NCBI GenBank assembly: GCA_965214055.1 | Contig: OZ243931.1 | Span: forward strand, 462,195 to 526,194 | Length of the DNA: 64,000 bases | From: Candidatus Poriferihabitaceae bacterium | GTDB lineage: Bacteria > Pseudomonadota > Gammaproteobacteria > Arenicellales > Poriferihabitantaceae | Direction: 5' to 3' | In this document: in pieces, positions 10,019-19,572 of the stretch | Position numbering within the stretch: the stretch's first letter is position 1 | How the letters are laid out: the number at the start of each line of letters is the position of its first letter | Notes under the pieces: model-generated | Seen by the model: the letters and a program-made list of their open reading frames with translations, nothing else | The model's database searches: none | Told to the model about the DNA's origin: nothing | Program-made: the position numbers and the translations under genes

Positions 10019-10731
10019 TTCAATACCTCTTGTATAAAGACATAAAATAAATCTGTGAACTCGCGACCGGGGTCTGCAAGTTACGTCGCGACGTACCCCC
10101 CGCCCCTGTACTTCCAGGGCTGACGGGGCTTCCTGCGACCCATGTTGAGAACGCTCAACACCTCTCACTCAACACCTCTCGCTGCAACCCTTGCGCTGAC
10201 AAGCATTGCTGCAGGGGAACCTTTATGCAATCGCTGCGTCCCAACGATTCAGCTACCCGAACCCTACCACAAACCGCAGGATTCTACCATCCATCTGCGT
10301 CCCGGCAATGTCAACGGCACCGACTTGCGGTGTGTTCCTTTTCCCGCCTGCAGGCAGGGGATTTCGGAGTCTCCCACCGCCCACAACCGTCTGTCCGGAC
10401 AGGTTCCGGTTTCGCGGAACTCGCCCGGGTGTCCGCTCGAAGGGCCCCTGAAACGCGGCTGGCCGCTATCCTGAACCGGACGGTTGTTCGAGCCCTGATT
10501 TTAAAACAAATGCCCTGAAAATAAAAATTCCCGGTATCGGCTCTCCCCTGGATGACGACGGTTTGTGGTGCATTGGATCCCCCGTGTCTGCACCACTTGC
10601 CCGGAGCGGACGCCAATACCGGCGCCCACTCCCGACAGGGAATCCCCCGCAGAAGGAAGGTCCAGAGCCGGAACGGGGAGAGCATATGTTCCGTTGGACC
10701 ACTTTCCGACTCACCAACTCCACGGAATTTT

Positions 10732-10740
10732 TGCTATGAT
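10732..10740 (+). promoter_or_regulatory. Candidate extended -10 promoter (TGcTATGAT)
   Basis: A TGnTATGAT element lies 6-7 nt upstream of the first hairpin of the candidate sRNA. There is no good -35. Confidence 0.3.
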
Positions 10741-10745
10741 TGGAG

Positions 10746-10814
10746 GCAAGACGGAATTGAAAGGGGCTCTCCATGCGGTCCGTCTTGCACAGATGGCGGG
10801 CTGCCCGCCTTTTT
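10746..10814 (+). ncRNA. Candidate small RNA of about 70 nt, or the 3' end of a longer structured RNA
   Basis: Four elements line up. They are an extended -10 at 10732-10740, a 9-bp stem CAAGACGGA (10747-10755) / TCCGTCTTG (10779-10787), the GGCGGG/CCCGCC hairpin at 10795-10809, and a T5 tract. No plausible ORF ends before the terminator. Confidence 0.3.
10795..10814 (+). terminator. Rho-independent terminator-like hairpin plus T-tract
   Basis: GGCGGG-ctg-CCCGCC is followed by TTTTT. Confidence 0.45.
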
Positions 10815-10977
10815 GGTTACGAACGGCGTTGGCCGGCAACAGGGACCATGGGGACCGAACCCGAGTACCCGAATTGCCAACCAATTTCAGTTTCTGCACG
10901 AGCAGAATCCCATGTACCGTACTGATGCTGTTCCATGAAATATTTCAAGCCTGGCAACTCCAACTCTTTCCCGGGTT

Positions 10978-11901
10978 TTGATCGTGGCCGATAGAAGACT
11001 CCAGGTTTTCGCCACAGTCGCCCGGCTGCTCAGTTTCACCAAAGCAGCGGAATCCCTGCATATGACCCAGCCGGCAGTCACTTTTCAAATCCGCCAACTC
11101 GAAGAGCATTTCAATACCCGGCTGTTTGACCGGGCCCACAACCGGATCAATCTCACAGAGGCGGGCCAGCTGGTGAAAAACTATGCCGACAAAATCATTA
11201 TGTTGTACAACGAAATGGACAATGAAGTCCGCACCCTCACGGGGGATGTCCAGGGACCCTTGGTCGTGGGTGCCAGCACCACGATTGGCGAATATTTCAT
11301 CCCCGCAGTGATTGGTGCGTATCAATCGACTTTTCCCCATGTCAAGGTGCGGTTAAATGTAGCGAATACCAATGGAGTGATCCACATGGTGGAAAACAAC
11401 CAGATTGACATTGGAATTGTGGAAGGCCCCGTCACAAACAAGAACCTGATCACCGACATCATCTGGGACGATGAACTGGCCGTGATCTGTTCCGTGGACC
11501 ACCCGCTGACCAGCAAAAAGAGGATCAATCCCGAAGAATTGCTGGATTACCCCTTTATCAGCCGGGAAGAGGGGTCCGGAACCCGCGAAGTCATTCAAAA
11601 TTATCTGGACAGCCAGGGACTGGATATTGAACAACTCAATATCACCATGGAGTTTGGCAGCCCTGAGTCCATCAAAAATGCCGTCGCGGCAAATCTGGGG
11701 ATATCCGTCCTTTCCATCGCCACCCTGGAAAAGGAACTGGCCCTTGATTCGTTGAGAACCATTCCGCTCAAGACCCCCATAAGGCGGCCATTCTCAATCG
11801 TCTATCAACGGCAAAAATTCAGGTTGCGGGCGATGGTGGAATTCCTCGAATTTGCCCGGGCACACTGTGCACTCAAGGAACAGGTCCTGAAACCTGTCTG
11901 A
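10978..11901 (+). CDS. LysR family transcriptional regulator
   Basis: The N-terminal wHTH LQVFATVARLLSFTKAAESLHMTQPAVTFQIRQLEEHFNTRLFDR is followed by a LysR substrate-binding domain. The start codon is non-ATG (TTG at 10978 or GTG at 10984). Confidence 0.9.
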   Translation: MIVADRRLQVFATVARLLSFTKAAESLHMTQPAVTFQIRQLEEHFNTRLFDRAHNRINLTEAGQLVKNYADKIIMLYNEMDNEVRTLTGDVQGPLVVGASTTIGEYFIPAVIGAYQSTFPHVKVRLNVANTNGVIHMVENNQIDIGIVEGPVTNKNLITDIIWDDELAVICSVDHPLTSKKRINPEELLDYPFISREEGSGTREVIQNYLDSQGLDIEQLNITMEFGSPESIKNAVAANLGISVLSIATLEKELALDSLRTIPLKTPIRRPFSIVYQRQKFRLRAMVEFLEFARAHCALKEQVLKPV

Positions 11902-12134
11902 CCCGCTTCACCATGGGTATCGGCCCATAAAGGAGTCTGATTTCGGGCCGCTATGCAAAAAAATTCCAGAACCATACGATGGGCAGACGCTACGATTCCC
12001 AGCCTTTTCCCAATGGTTCGAAAACAGTCTGACGGAATCCGTTCCGGCAAGACCCGCCCCATGATCGATGACCACGGGGCATTGCGGCTGGCACTGAAAA
12101 TTTCCCCGGAAAAACCGTGAGGGATCGGTCAAAC

Positions 12135-12164
12135 AACCCGTCGGGAAAGGTCTTCCGACGGGTT
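12135..12164 (-). terminator. Candidate terminator hairpin after the TonB-dependent receptor gene
   Basis: A 10-bp stem AACCCGTCGG/CCGACGGGTT with a 10-nt loop lies 36 nt downstream of the stop. On the minus strand only a weak GUUUG follows. Confidence 0.4.
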
Positions 12165-12199
12165 GGGCATCATGGTGCCCGGGGTCTGATCGTCCACCC

Positions 12200-14737
12200 T
12201 CAGAAATTCAGGGTGATGTCAACGAAGAAGGTGCGTCCCCAACCCGCCGCTACCGGCCCGTCTACACTGCCGGGGTTGGAGGTGTCCACCGTAAGCTGTG
12301 TGTCGGTGAGATTCAATACCCCCGCCGAGAACTTTGCGTTTTCCAGTCCCCAGGGTTTGTTCCATCTCATCGCCAGGTCGTAGCCAGTCCAGGACTTGAA
12401 TTTTCCGGTACTCGACCGGTTCTCGAAGCCTGAACGATAATTCCCGGCCCAGGAAACACTCAGGTTGCCCCGTCTCGCCTCAACACCAAATCGAACTGCG
12501 TCCCTGGGAACGGGGTAGCCATCCTTCACGTTGTTAATATGCCGTTCGGCGTCGGTGATGTGGCGCCAGGCTCCCCGGAAGCCCACGGTTCCCCAACCTG
12601 TTCGAAAACCCGACCCGAACCGGGCCTGCACTCCCTGGATCTTGGTCTCCACGATGTTTTCAAAACCGTTGTGAATAGTAATGTCGCTACCGTTGCGCTC
12701 AATGCACCTCGTGTTTGGTTCGTCCTTCGAGCATAAAGGCAGGTTTTGCATGGACCAGTCGGCACTCGGCTGGCCGGGCAGGTCGGAGCGTGATGTCTGA
12801 TGCCATTCCAGATCCAGAAAGAACGGCCACTTGCGAAACTCAGCACCCAAAGCGACTCTTTTGTTTTGGGAAGGGTCGAGTTCCGGATTACCCGAGGTTT
12901 CGCGCGTTACCTGCCGGGGATTGGGTTGTGTGCAGGTGCGTGGCGGACTTCCCGTCCCCGGATCACAGGTAATATAGGGATGGCTCTGCGATGCCGTGCG
13001 ATAAAGAGCACGCATCGAGGGGGGACGGTCTCCTGTACCCCAGGAACCACGCAGGGTAACCAGATCGTTCGCCTGGTAATAGGTGGCAAGGCGCCAGGAC
13101 TCCAGCCCACCGACATCGTTGAGTTCGTCCACATGTCCTGCAACCCTGAAATCCAGTTTCCCGGTCAGCGGCAGCAACAGCTCTGCAAAGGCACCCGTAC
13201 TCTTGCGACGCTTGCCGATAAAACTGGTCCCGCCGGAGCCCAACACATCTTCTACGTCATAAGATTTATTCTTATTTTTCTCGTTCGGATAGCTGTGCCA
13301 ATATTTCGTGACGTCATGCGCCTTTCCAGTTTCAAGCTCAAGACCGGCAGTCCAGGCCACTTTCCGGTCACCAAATGGGAAGCCGGTGCCCTCCAATGCC
13401 AGTCGGGCCCCCAGGTAATCCGAGTCAAAATCGTTTTCTTCCTGTAAGCTGGTGTCCCGGATGGCTTTCAGGTGGGCGTCTCTTTCTACCTGGGGGTACT
13501 CACCATCCACCAGGAGCGGGTCTGCAAGCTTGTACCTCCCCTCTGTAATTTCGGTTATGATGTCCTCAGCATGTACAAATGTGTTTCCGATCAGAAAGCC
13601 ATCCAGTTTGTAGGCATTGATTTCCACATCATAGCCGAGGTCCTCCTGGATCATACCCTCGATTCCTATTCCAAGGTCGATTTCCTCTGTGTCCGTCAGC
13701 CAGTCCCGGTTGCCATGACCGATGAAACGGTGCCCCGCAATGATAAGGTCACTAGAACTCGCCCCTACGCTGTCCAAGTCGGCGCTGCCTGACAGTTGAG
13801 GCACCTCTCCCAGTCGACCAAGGAAAAACGTATCCACCGACGGTGCATAGCGGAACGCTGACTCCGCCTGGGTGATATTCACATCCATATGGAATTCAGC
13901 CCCTCCTTCCAGCGGATGGTCCAGGTGCAGGAGAATGCCATCCTGTTCATACTCGCTGGTGTTCCAGGCAATGGTGCCGTAGGCAAAACCGCAACCCTCA
14001 TCTTCCGGGTTGGTAACAGCAGGAGGATTTTTGAGTGGCCCGGTATAACCTTTCTCGGGGTCGCATTCCCCCAGCGAAACCGACCGTATAGCGCTAGGTT
14101 GAAAAACCCAGACAGTATTGCCACCAATGCTGACATTTTTCGCACTGGGGAATGTACCACCTTCCCAGGTGGAACGGCTGTATTCCCGGCTGTCTGAAGC
14201 GATTTTGTCGCGCTTGAGGGTATCCACACCAAGGGTCATGTGGCCATCACCGACTGCACCGCCCCAAAAGACACTTCCCTGTCGCCCGCCACCGCCGTCC
14301 TTGCTTGGCTGCCGCGCGACCGTATGCACCTCAAATCCTTCCAGGTCCGTCCGGAGAACAACATTGATGGCACCGCGCACGGCACTGCCACCGTACGTGC
14401 CCAACGTGTCCCCACCCCACACCTCCAGGCGCTCAATGGCCAGGACCGGAATGGGATCTAGATCGAACGCAGTCGTGCCGTAAAGTCTGCCATTGATCAG
14501 GACGAGAACAGGCAGCCCCCCGGTCAGAAAGTAGCGAATAATACCGGTATCAAGTACTTCTTCAAGGGTCAGGGCACCGGTACGTTCAAGAAAATTCCGC
14601 TCGTACTTGGCGATAATACGCGGAGCAGGCGCCAAAGAGCCCGCAACCGCGAGATCAGCCGCCAGGATGGATAAAAGGCCGACGAAGACCAGCAGGCGTT
14701 TCATCGGAGTCGGCTTTATTTTGGATTCCGAAATCAA
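12200..14737 (-). CDS. TonB-dependent outer-membrane receptor
   Basis: Signal peptide, plug-domain motifs (IERLEVWGGDTLGTYGGSAVRGAINVVLR), a long beta-barrel and a C-terminal aromatic residue (...ITLNF). The TTG start at 14737 has a perfect SD (AAGGAGG, 7-nt spacer). The internal ATG at 14704 has none. Confidence 0.85.
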   Translation of the reverse strand: MISESKIKPTPMKRLLVFVGLLSILAADLAVAGSLAPAPRIIAKYERNFLERTGALTLEEVLDTGIIRYFLTGGLPVLVLINGRLYGTTAFDLDPIPVLAIERLEVWGGDTLGTYGGSAVRGAINVVLRTDLEGFEVHTVARQPSKDGGGGRQGSVFWGGAVGDGHMTLGVDTLKRDKIASDSREYSRSTWEGGTFPSAKNVSIGGNTVWVFQPSAIRSVSLGECDPEKGYTGPLKNPPAVTNPEDEGCGFAYGTIAWNTSEYEQDGILLHLDHPLEGGAEFHMDVNITQAESAFRYAPSVDTFFLGRLGEVPQLSGSADLDSVGASSSDLIIAGHRFIGHGNRDWLTDTEEIDLGIGIEGMIQEDLGYDVEINAYKLDGFLIGNTFVHAEDIITEITEGRYKLADPLLVDGEYPQVERDAHLKAIRDTSLQEENDFDSDYLGARLALEGTGFPFGDRKVAWTAGLELETGKAHDVTKYWHSYPNEKNKNKSYDVEDVLGSGGTSFIGKRRKSTGAFAELLLPLTGKLDFRVAGHVDELNDVGGLESWRLATYYQANDLVTLRGSWGTGDRPPSMRALYRTASQSHPYITCDPGTGSPPRTCTQPNPRQVTRETSGNPELDPSQNKRVALGAEFRKWPFFLDLEWHQTSRSDLPGQPSADWSMQNLPLCSKDEPNTRCIERNGSDITIHNGFENIVETKIQGVQARFGSGFRTGWGTVGFRGAWRHITDAERHINNVKDGYPVPRDAVRFGVEARRGNLSVSWAGNYRSGFENRSSTGKFKSWTGYDLAMRWNKPWGLENAKFSAGVLNLTDTQLTVDTSNPGSVDGPVAAGWGRTFFVDITLNF

Positions 14738-14793
14738 TGGTATCCCTCCTTACGCTATGTATGTTGTTTGAGTTGGCAACCGTACTATAAACC

Positions 14794-14802
14794 AATATAC
14801 CA
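14794..14802 (-). promoter_or_regulatory. Candidate extended -10 promoter (TGgTATATT on the minus strand) for the TonB-dependent receptor
   Basis: The reverse complement of 14794-14802 reads TGGTATATT, about 57 nt upstream of the TTG start. Confidence 0.3.
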
Positions 14803-15104
14803 GATTTCCCCGCAGATAAAAGTAGCGGAACGACGGTGGTGCAAAACAATTCTACAATTTTCCCTTTTACTCCCCCTTCTCATGCTCCGGACCCTTCCGG
14901 AAGACAATGAACTCCCCGGCGGGTTGGCGATTCATAATATTCCGCCAACCCGGAGCTTCCGCATCAATATCCACCGGTGGAGGGGCGTGACCACGTCATC
15001 CTAGTGCTGTGGAACGCCTGCGGATTCCGATCCAAAGAAGTTCTCATCCGGCACGGGACAGTCGTATACTTGCAATCTTCGCTGTCAGGAAATAGGATAA
15101 AGGC

Positions 15105-15617
15105 ATGGGCTACCCGGGAGATAATCAGCAATTTGATCGAGACGGCTACAGGAAGAATGTCGGCATCATTGTATGCAATAACTTCCAACAGGTTCTATGG
15201 GCCAGGCGGACCAGGCGGGATGGCTGGCAATTCCCCCAGGGGGGCATCGAACCCCGTGAATCGGCGCTGGAGGCCGCATTCAGGGAACTCTACGAAGAGG
15301 TCGGCCTGGAATCAGGCGATGTAAAACTGCTCGGAAACACGGTAAAGTGGTTGCGATATGATGTTCCCTACGCCACCAAACATCATCACATCCGAAGAAC
15401 GAGACAATTTCGTGGGCAAAAGCAACGGTGGTTTTTATTCAAACTCCTTGCCAAGGAAACCAGTGTGCGGCTGGATGTGACCCCCACGCCGGAATTTGAC
15501 CACTGGCGGTGGGTCGACTACTGGAGTCCATTGGAGCATATCGTGAAATTCAAGCGCCGCGTTTACAAACAGGCGCTCACCGAACTGGAGCCCATGTTGA
15601 CGCATGATCGACCCTGA
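15105..15617 (+). CDS. rppH: RNA pyrophosphohydrolase RppH (Nudix)
   Basis: DGYRKNVGIIVCN...WQFPQGGIEPRESALEAAFRELYEEVGL contains the Nudix box GGx5Ex7REUxEExGU and an RppH-type N-terminus. Confidence 0.9.
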   Translation: MGYPGDNQQFDRDGYRKNVGIIVCNNFQQVLWARRTRRDGWQFPQGGIEPRESALEAAFRELYEEVGLESGDVKLLGNTVKWLRYDVPYATKHHHIRRTRQFRGQKQRWFLFKLLAKETSVRLDVTPTPEFDHWRWVDYWSPLEHIVKFKRRVYKQALTELEPMLTHDRP

Positions 15618-15782
15618 ACCCATTTCATTGGCCGAAGTACTTCCAGGCACCTGAAAACCCCCGCACAAATGAAGTCGGACCGGCAGAAAATGAAACCGTT
15701 CCGACCCCTCCCCAACGAATACACCTTCTTCCCCACGCACAACAGGGAGAGTTTCGGCAGGATGGAAAAACCTCCCATTCGG

Positions 15783-16619
15783 TTACTTTGGGATTTTGGA
15801 GGCACTGAAAATATCCCAATGGAATTTGGAATATGACGGCAACTGCCGACGGATATGATTCAGTCGGGCAAGATCAATCTGTGCACAAACCAGCCCCCAC
15901 CCCGACTCCAGTTCAGAAACCACCTGGCCCCATGGCTCAATGACCACCGTGTGCCCCCAGGTTTTCCGCTTGTTATTGTGGAGGCCGGTTTGCGCGGGAG
16001 CGACCACATAACAGGAATTTTCTATGGCCCTGGCCTGAAGCAGCGGCAACCAGTGCCGGGCCCCGGTGGTATGGGAAAAAGCGGATGGGACAACCAGAAT
16101 TTGCGCCCCCATCTGGGTCAACCGGCGATACATTTCCGGAAAACGCAAATCGTAGCAGATACTGAGTCCAATTCTCCCGACTGGAGAGTCGATCACACCC
16201 ATCTCACTGCCCGGCACCGTGTACTCCGATTCACCATATCTTTCGCCATTATCGAACTCGGCATCGAAGAGAAAGATCTTGTCGTAACGCCCTGCTCTGG
16301 CCCCGGTGTCGTCAAAGACCAGCATCGAATTGGTAATCTTTCCAGGGATGTCCGAGTGCAGGGGAATACTGCCTGCAAAGATCCAGAGCCCCGATTGTCT
16401 TGCAAGATTCTCGACAAACCGCTGTATTCTTCCACCTGAATCACTTTCGGCATGCTCGAGCAGTTGCGTTTGGCTGCGTTGCATGAACGCAAAACATTCC
16501 GGCAACACCACAACACGGGCCCCCTGTTCCGCTGCCTGCACAATATATTTCTCAACCCGCAGCAGATTTCGGTGGATATCATCGCTGGAACTGGTCTGGA
16601 TAGCGGCTATTGTGGGCAT
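15783..16619 (-). CDS. Carbon-nitrogen hydrolase family protein (Nit/omega-amidase-like)
   Basis: The catalytic triad context is present: VVVLPECF (Glu), a conserved Lys region and GLSICYDLRFPE (Cys). Confidence 0.85.
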   Translation of the reverse strand: MPTIAAIQTSSSDDIHRNLLRVEKYIVQAAEQGARVVVLPECFAFMQRSQTQLLEHAESDSGGRIQRFVENLARQSGLWIFAGSIPLHSDIPGKITNSMLVFDDTGARAGRYDKIFLFDAEFDNGERYGESEYTVPGSEMGVIDSPVGRIGLSICYDLRFPEMYRRLTQMGAQILVVPSAFSHTTGARHWLPLLQARAIENSCYVVAPAQTGLHNNKRKTWGHTVVIEPWGQVVSELESGWGLVCAQIDLARLNHIRRQLPSYSKFHWDIFSASKIPK

Positions 16620-16718
16620 GGCAATACTATATCATCCTTCCTGCCGGCTGCCGGCATGCCGCCGATGACCGGGGCTTCGAACCCCGGTCCGCCTTTCACT
16701 TTTCCACACCGTAACCGT

Positions 16719-18299
16719 TCAGATTTCCCGGGTTGCATGGAATCTGACGTCAGGCCAACGCTTCTCCGCCAGGGTCAGATTCGCGTTGTTGGGGGCGATA
16801 TAAGTCAGGGAATCCAGGCCATCCAGAGCCAGGTATTGGGCGTTTTTCCGGCGAAATTCGCTTTCTTGTGCCGCATTGTTGAAATGCACCCAACGCACTT
16901 TGGTGAGGGGAGCCGCTTCAAAAAAGCAATCCACCTTGTATTCCGTTTTCAGACGATGGGCAACCACGTCAAATTGAAGAATTCCCACCGCTCCCAACAC
17001 CAGATCATTACTGCTCAACGGCCGAAATACCTGGGTTGCGCCCTCCTCACAGAGTTGGACCAGGCCCTTTTGCAGAGCCTTTGCACGCAGGGGATCGGCC
17101 AGTCTCACCCGGCGAAACAGCTCAGGAGCAAAGTTCGGTATGCCCAGAAACTTGAGTATCTCCCCTTCGGTAAACGAATCACCAATCTGAATGGTGCCAT
17201 GATTGTGCAGCCCAAGAATATCACCGGCATAGGCCTCTTCTGCATGGCCGCGCCTGGACGCCATGAAGGTATGCGCATTGTGCACTACGAAGGTTTTTCC
17301 TGCCCGCACATGACGCAATTTCATCCCCTTTGTGAATTGACCGGAGGTAATTCTCAAGAACGCAACCCGATCATGATGGGCCGGGTCCATGTTGGCCTGG
17401 ATCTTGAAGACGAAACCGGTGAATTGGGGTTCGGTTGCACTGATCTCCCGGGTCCCGGTCGTCCTGGGCAGAGGCGAAGGCGCAAACGCAACAAAATTAT
17501 CCATCAGCTCATCTGTACCGTGACGGTTGAGCGCGGACCCGAAGAACACCGGCGTCAGCTTTGCATTCAGGTATTGATCGACATTGAATTCGTGGCTGGC
17601 CCCTCGCACGAGTTCAATGTCTTCCCGGAGTTTTTCCGCCGTGTCACCGATCCGGTTATCCAGCTCCGGGTTCTCCAATCCATCAATCCATACCTCTTCG
17701 TTGAATTCTCCGCGACCGGCGAAAAGATGGATTTTGTCGTCATACAGCCGATAAATCCCGACGAAGGACTTGCCGGACCCAATGGGCCAGACCATGGGAG
17801 CACAGTCAATTTTCAGCACTTCCTCCACTTCATCCATGATATCAATGGGATCCCTGCCCTCACGGTCCATTTTATTGACGAATGTCATAATTGGCGTGTC
17901 TCTCAACCGGCAAATATCCATGAGTTTCACCGTTCGCTCCTCCACACCCTTGGCAATGTCAATGACCATAAGTGCCGAATCCACAGCAGTCAGGGTACGG
18001 TAGGTATCTTCCGAAAAATCAGCGTGCCCCGGGGTATCCAGCAAATTGACAATTCGACCCTGATAGGGAAATTGCATGACCGATGAGGTCACTGAAATTC
18101 CCCGCTGCTTTTCCAGTTCCATCCAGTCGGACGTGGCATACCGTGCACTCTTTCGGGCCTTGACGGTTCCGGCGAGCTGGATGGCCCCGCCGGATTGCAA
18201 CAACCTTTCGGTCAGCGTGGTTTTCCCTGCATCCGGGTGGGAGATAATCGCAAAAGTCCGTCTTTTCGAGACTTCATCCGAAATGGAGGAATTGGTCAT
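16719..18299 (-). CDS. prfC: Peptide chain release factor 3
   Basis: [19 protein letters not shown] is the G1 motif. DTPGHADF and NKMD motifs are present. The start was placed at the ATG at 18299 ([10 protein letters not shown]). Confidence 0.95.
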   Translation of the reverse strand: MTNSSISDEVSKRRTFAIISHPDAGKTTLTERLLQSGGAIQLAGTVKARKSARYATSDWMELEKQRGISVTSSVMQFPYQGRIVNLLDTPGHADFSEDTYRTLTAVDSALMVIDIAKGVEERTVKLMDICRLRDTPIMTFVNKMDREGRDPIDIMDEVEEVLKIDCAPMVWPIGSGKSFVGIYRLYDDKIHLFAGRGEFNEEVWIDGLENPELDNRIGDTAEKLREDIELVRGASHEFNVDQYLNAKLTPVFFGSALNRHGTDELMDNFVAFAPSPLPRTTGTREISATEPQFTGFVFKIQANMDPAHHDRVAFLRITSGQFTKGMKLRHVRAGKTFVVHNAHTFMASRRGHAEEAYAGDILGLHNHGTIQIGDSFTEGEILKFLGIPNFAPELFRRVRLADPLRAKALQKGLVQLCEEGATQVFRPLSSNDLVLGAVGILQFDVVAHRLKTEYKVDCFFEAAPLTKVRWVHFNNAAQESEFRRKNAQYLALDGLDSLTYIAPNNANLTLAEKRWPDVRFHATREI

Positions 18300-18527
18300 C
18301 TGTAAAATTTCCTGATCAGAAGATAAATGGGGAAGCGCTCTTTTCAAACGACGGTGAAATCCGTCCTGTTTGCCCTCATGGGCAACGCTGTTCGCTGGTC
18401 CCCGGTGAAATCATCCATCGCCTGGAAGACCGGTCCATGCCAGGGTGCCGGAATATCTCCGGGTCCGTGAACGACCACTTCATTTCTTCATGATCCATGC
18501 GCAGGGCTCCTGGACTGAATGATTCCT

Positions 18528-19307
18528 TCATGCCAAAGAAACCGCGCTCACCTGCCGGCCATACAAAGTTCCCCCGGCATGACAGGTCCGCCGGTAACTG
18601 AAGAATCGTTGTTCGGCGGAATAGGTATCCACCTCCAGCCGGTCGATGTGTTCCGCAGGCAGTACCTGCTGCAAGCGGCGTTCCAGGTAAAGCGGGAGGT
18701 CGAAACGTCTTTTCTCCCCGGTTTCCCCGGATTTGAAGCAGTCTTCACACGGGACGGGAGAATGCTTGACGAACCGGTCCATGAACTCCAGCCCGACTTC
18801 GTAATGTTCGACTTGTATGGCCGGCCCGATGGCGGCGGCAATCCGGTTTTTCACGGCCCCCAGTCCACACATTGCCTGGATCACATTGTCCGTGATCCCG
18901 TTGAGAGCCCCCTTCCAGCCTCCGTGTGCGGCACCAATCACCCCGCTGTGACTGTCTGCGAAAAGAACACCGGCGCAATCCGCTCCCATGACACCAAGCC
19001 CGATCCCGGGGGTATTGGTCGCCAGACCGTCTCCCTCCTGCCCCCCTTTTTCCGGCCATCCCGTCTCTACGGTGACAACGATATCACTGTGGACCTGCTT
19101 CAGGCTGTACAGGGTTCTGCACTTCAGGGTCCGTTCCACCCGCTTCCGGTTTTCCCGAACAGCCTCGGCGTCATCACCGGAAAACTGTCCGCAATTCAGG
19201 GAATGGAATTCACCCGTTGAGGTACCGCCGAGCCGCGTAAAAAAACCATGACGAATATTCGCCATGGGCGCGAGCAACTCACTGGTGATATGGGGAACAT
19301 CCGGCAT
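18528..19307 (-). CDS. pgeF: Peptidoglycan editing factor PgeF (YfiH/DUF152, laccase-domain protein)
   Basis: ANIRHGFFTRLGG...LKQVHS...DGLAT...ADCAGVLF...HGGWKG are the conserved YfiH motifs. Confidence 0.85.
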   Translation of the reverse strand: MPDVPHITSELLAPMANIRHGFFTRLGGTSTGEFHSLNCGQFSGDDAEAVRENRKRVERTLKCRTLYSLKQVHSDIVVTVETGWPEKGGQEGDGLATNTPGIGLGVMGADCAGVLFADSHSGVIGAAHGGWKGALNGITDNVIQAMCGLGAVKNRIAAAIGPAIQVEHYEVGLEFMDRFVKHSPVPCEDCFKSGETGEKRRFDLPLYLERRLQQVLPAEHIDRLEVDTYSAEQRFFSYRRTCHAGGTLYGRQVSAVSLA

Positions 19308-19530
19308 GCCGGGAATTTATCAGCATTGACCGGACTATGCCAATGCAACGGCCGGGAAAGTTCGTCGTGTTCCACAGCCCGGGGCCGGACTGAACACCAC
19401 GTTATTCTGTCTGGAGAATCCCTGTGCGGAAAAAGAATCGTGCGGTGGATGGGGGACTGGAGGATGTCCGGTCCCGGTTTTAAATCGGGAAGACCCGAGC
19501 GCAGATATAGCCTGTTCCAGCCGGTTTCGC

Positions 19531-19536
19531 TATAAT
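19531..19536 (+). promoter_or_regulatory. Candidate -10 box (TATAAT) for the tRNA-Ser gene
   Basis: A perfect TATAAT lies 37 nt upstream of the mature tRNA 5' end. The -35 is poor. Confidence 0.35.
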
Positions 19537-19572
19537 TCCGATTCCTGTTTCACGCAGGACAATCATTTTGAT

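Noticed and set aside
10281-10314. A canonical sigma70 promoter on the minus strand (perfect TTGACA at 10309-10314 and TAGAAT at 10281-10286)
   Set aside because: The spacer between the two hexamers is 22 bp, which is too long for a standard -35/-10 pair. Only the extended -10 reading (TGgTAGAAT) remains plausible, and it is mentioned as low confidence.
10537-10690. Riboswitch-like strings (GGGAAUCCCCCGCAG..., GGUCCAGAGCC...ACGGGGAGAGC) reminiscent of cobalamin, ykkC or glycine elements
   Set aside because: The matches are partial and out of register with the consensus architectures. There is also no downstream gene on the same strand that such a riboswitch would normally control.
10952-10968. 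A sigma54-type promoter (TGGCAA-N5-...) upstream of the LysR gene
   Set aside because: The -24 GG element is present, but the -12 element is ACTCT rather than TTGC(A/T). It does not fit the consensus.
10019-10977. The idea that the long non-coding region, or 8825-9346, encodes RNase P RNA, tmRNA, SRP (4.5S) RNA or 6S RNA
   Set aside because: I looked on both strands for the diagnostic strings and found none. These were GGAAAGUCCGGGC and ACAGAACCCGGCUUA for RNase P, and GGGGCUGA with a tRNA-like ...CCACCA end and tag ORF for tmRNA. For SRP RNA it was GGUCCGGAAGGAAGCAGCC. Only loose resemblances occur, for example GGAAGGTCCAGAGCC. A covariance-model scan is still needed.
14738-15104. A cobalamin (or other) riboswitch upstream of the TonB-dependent receptor
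   Set aside because: The context is suggestive. However, I could not find the B12-box (AGYCMGGAgaCCkGCC-like) or the GGGAA / GCCACUG core elements on the receptor strand. Only a generic hairpin is present.
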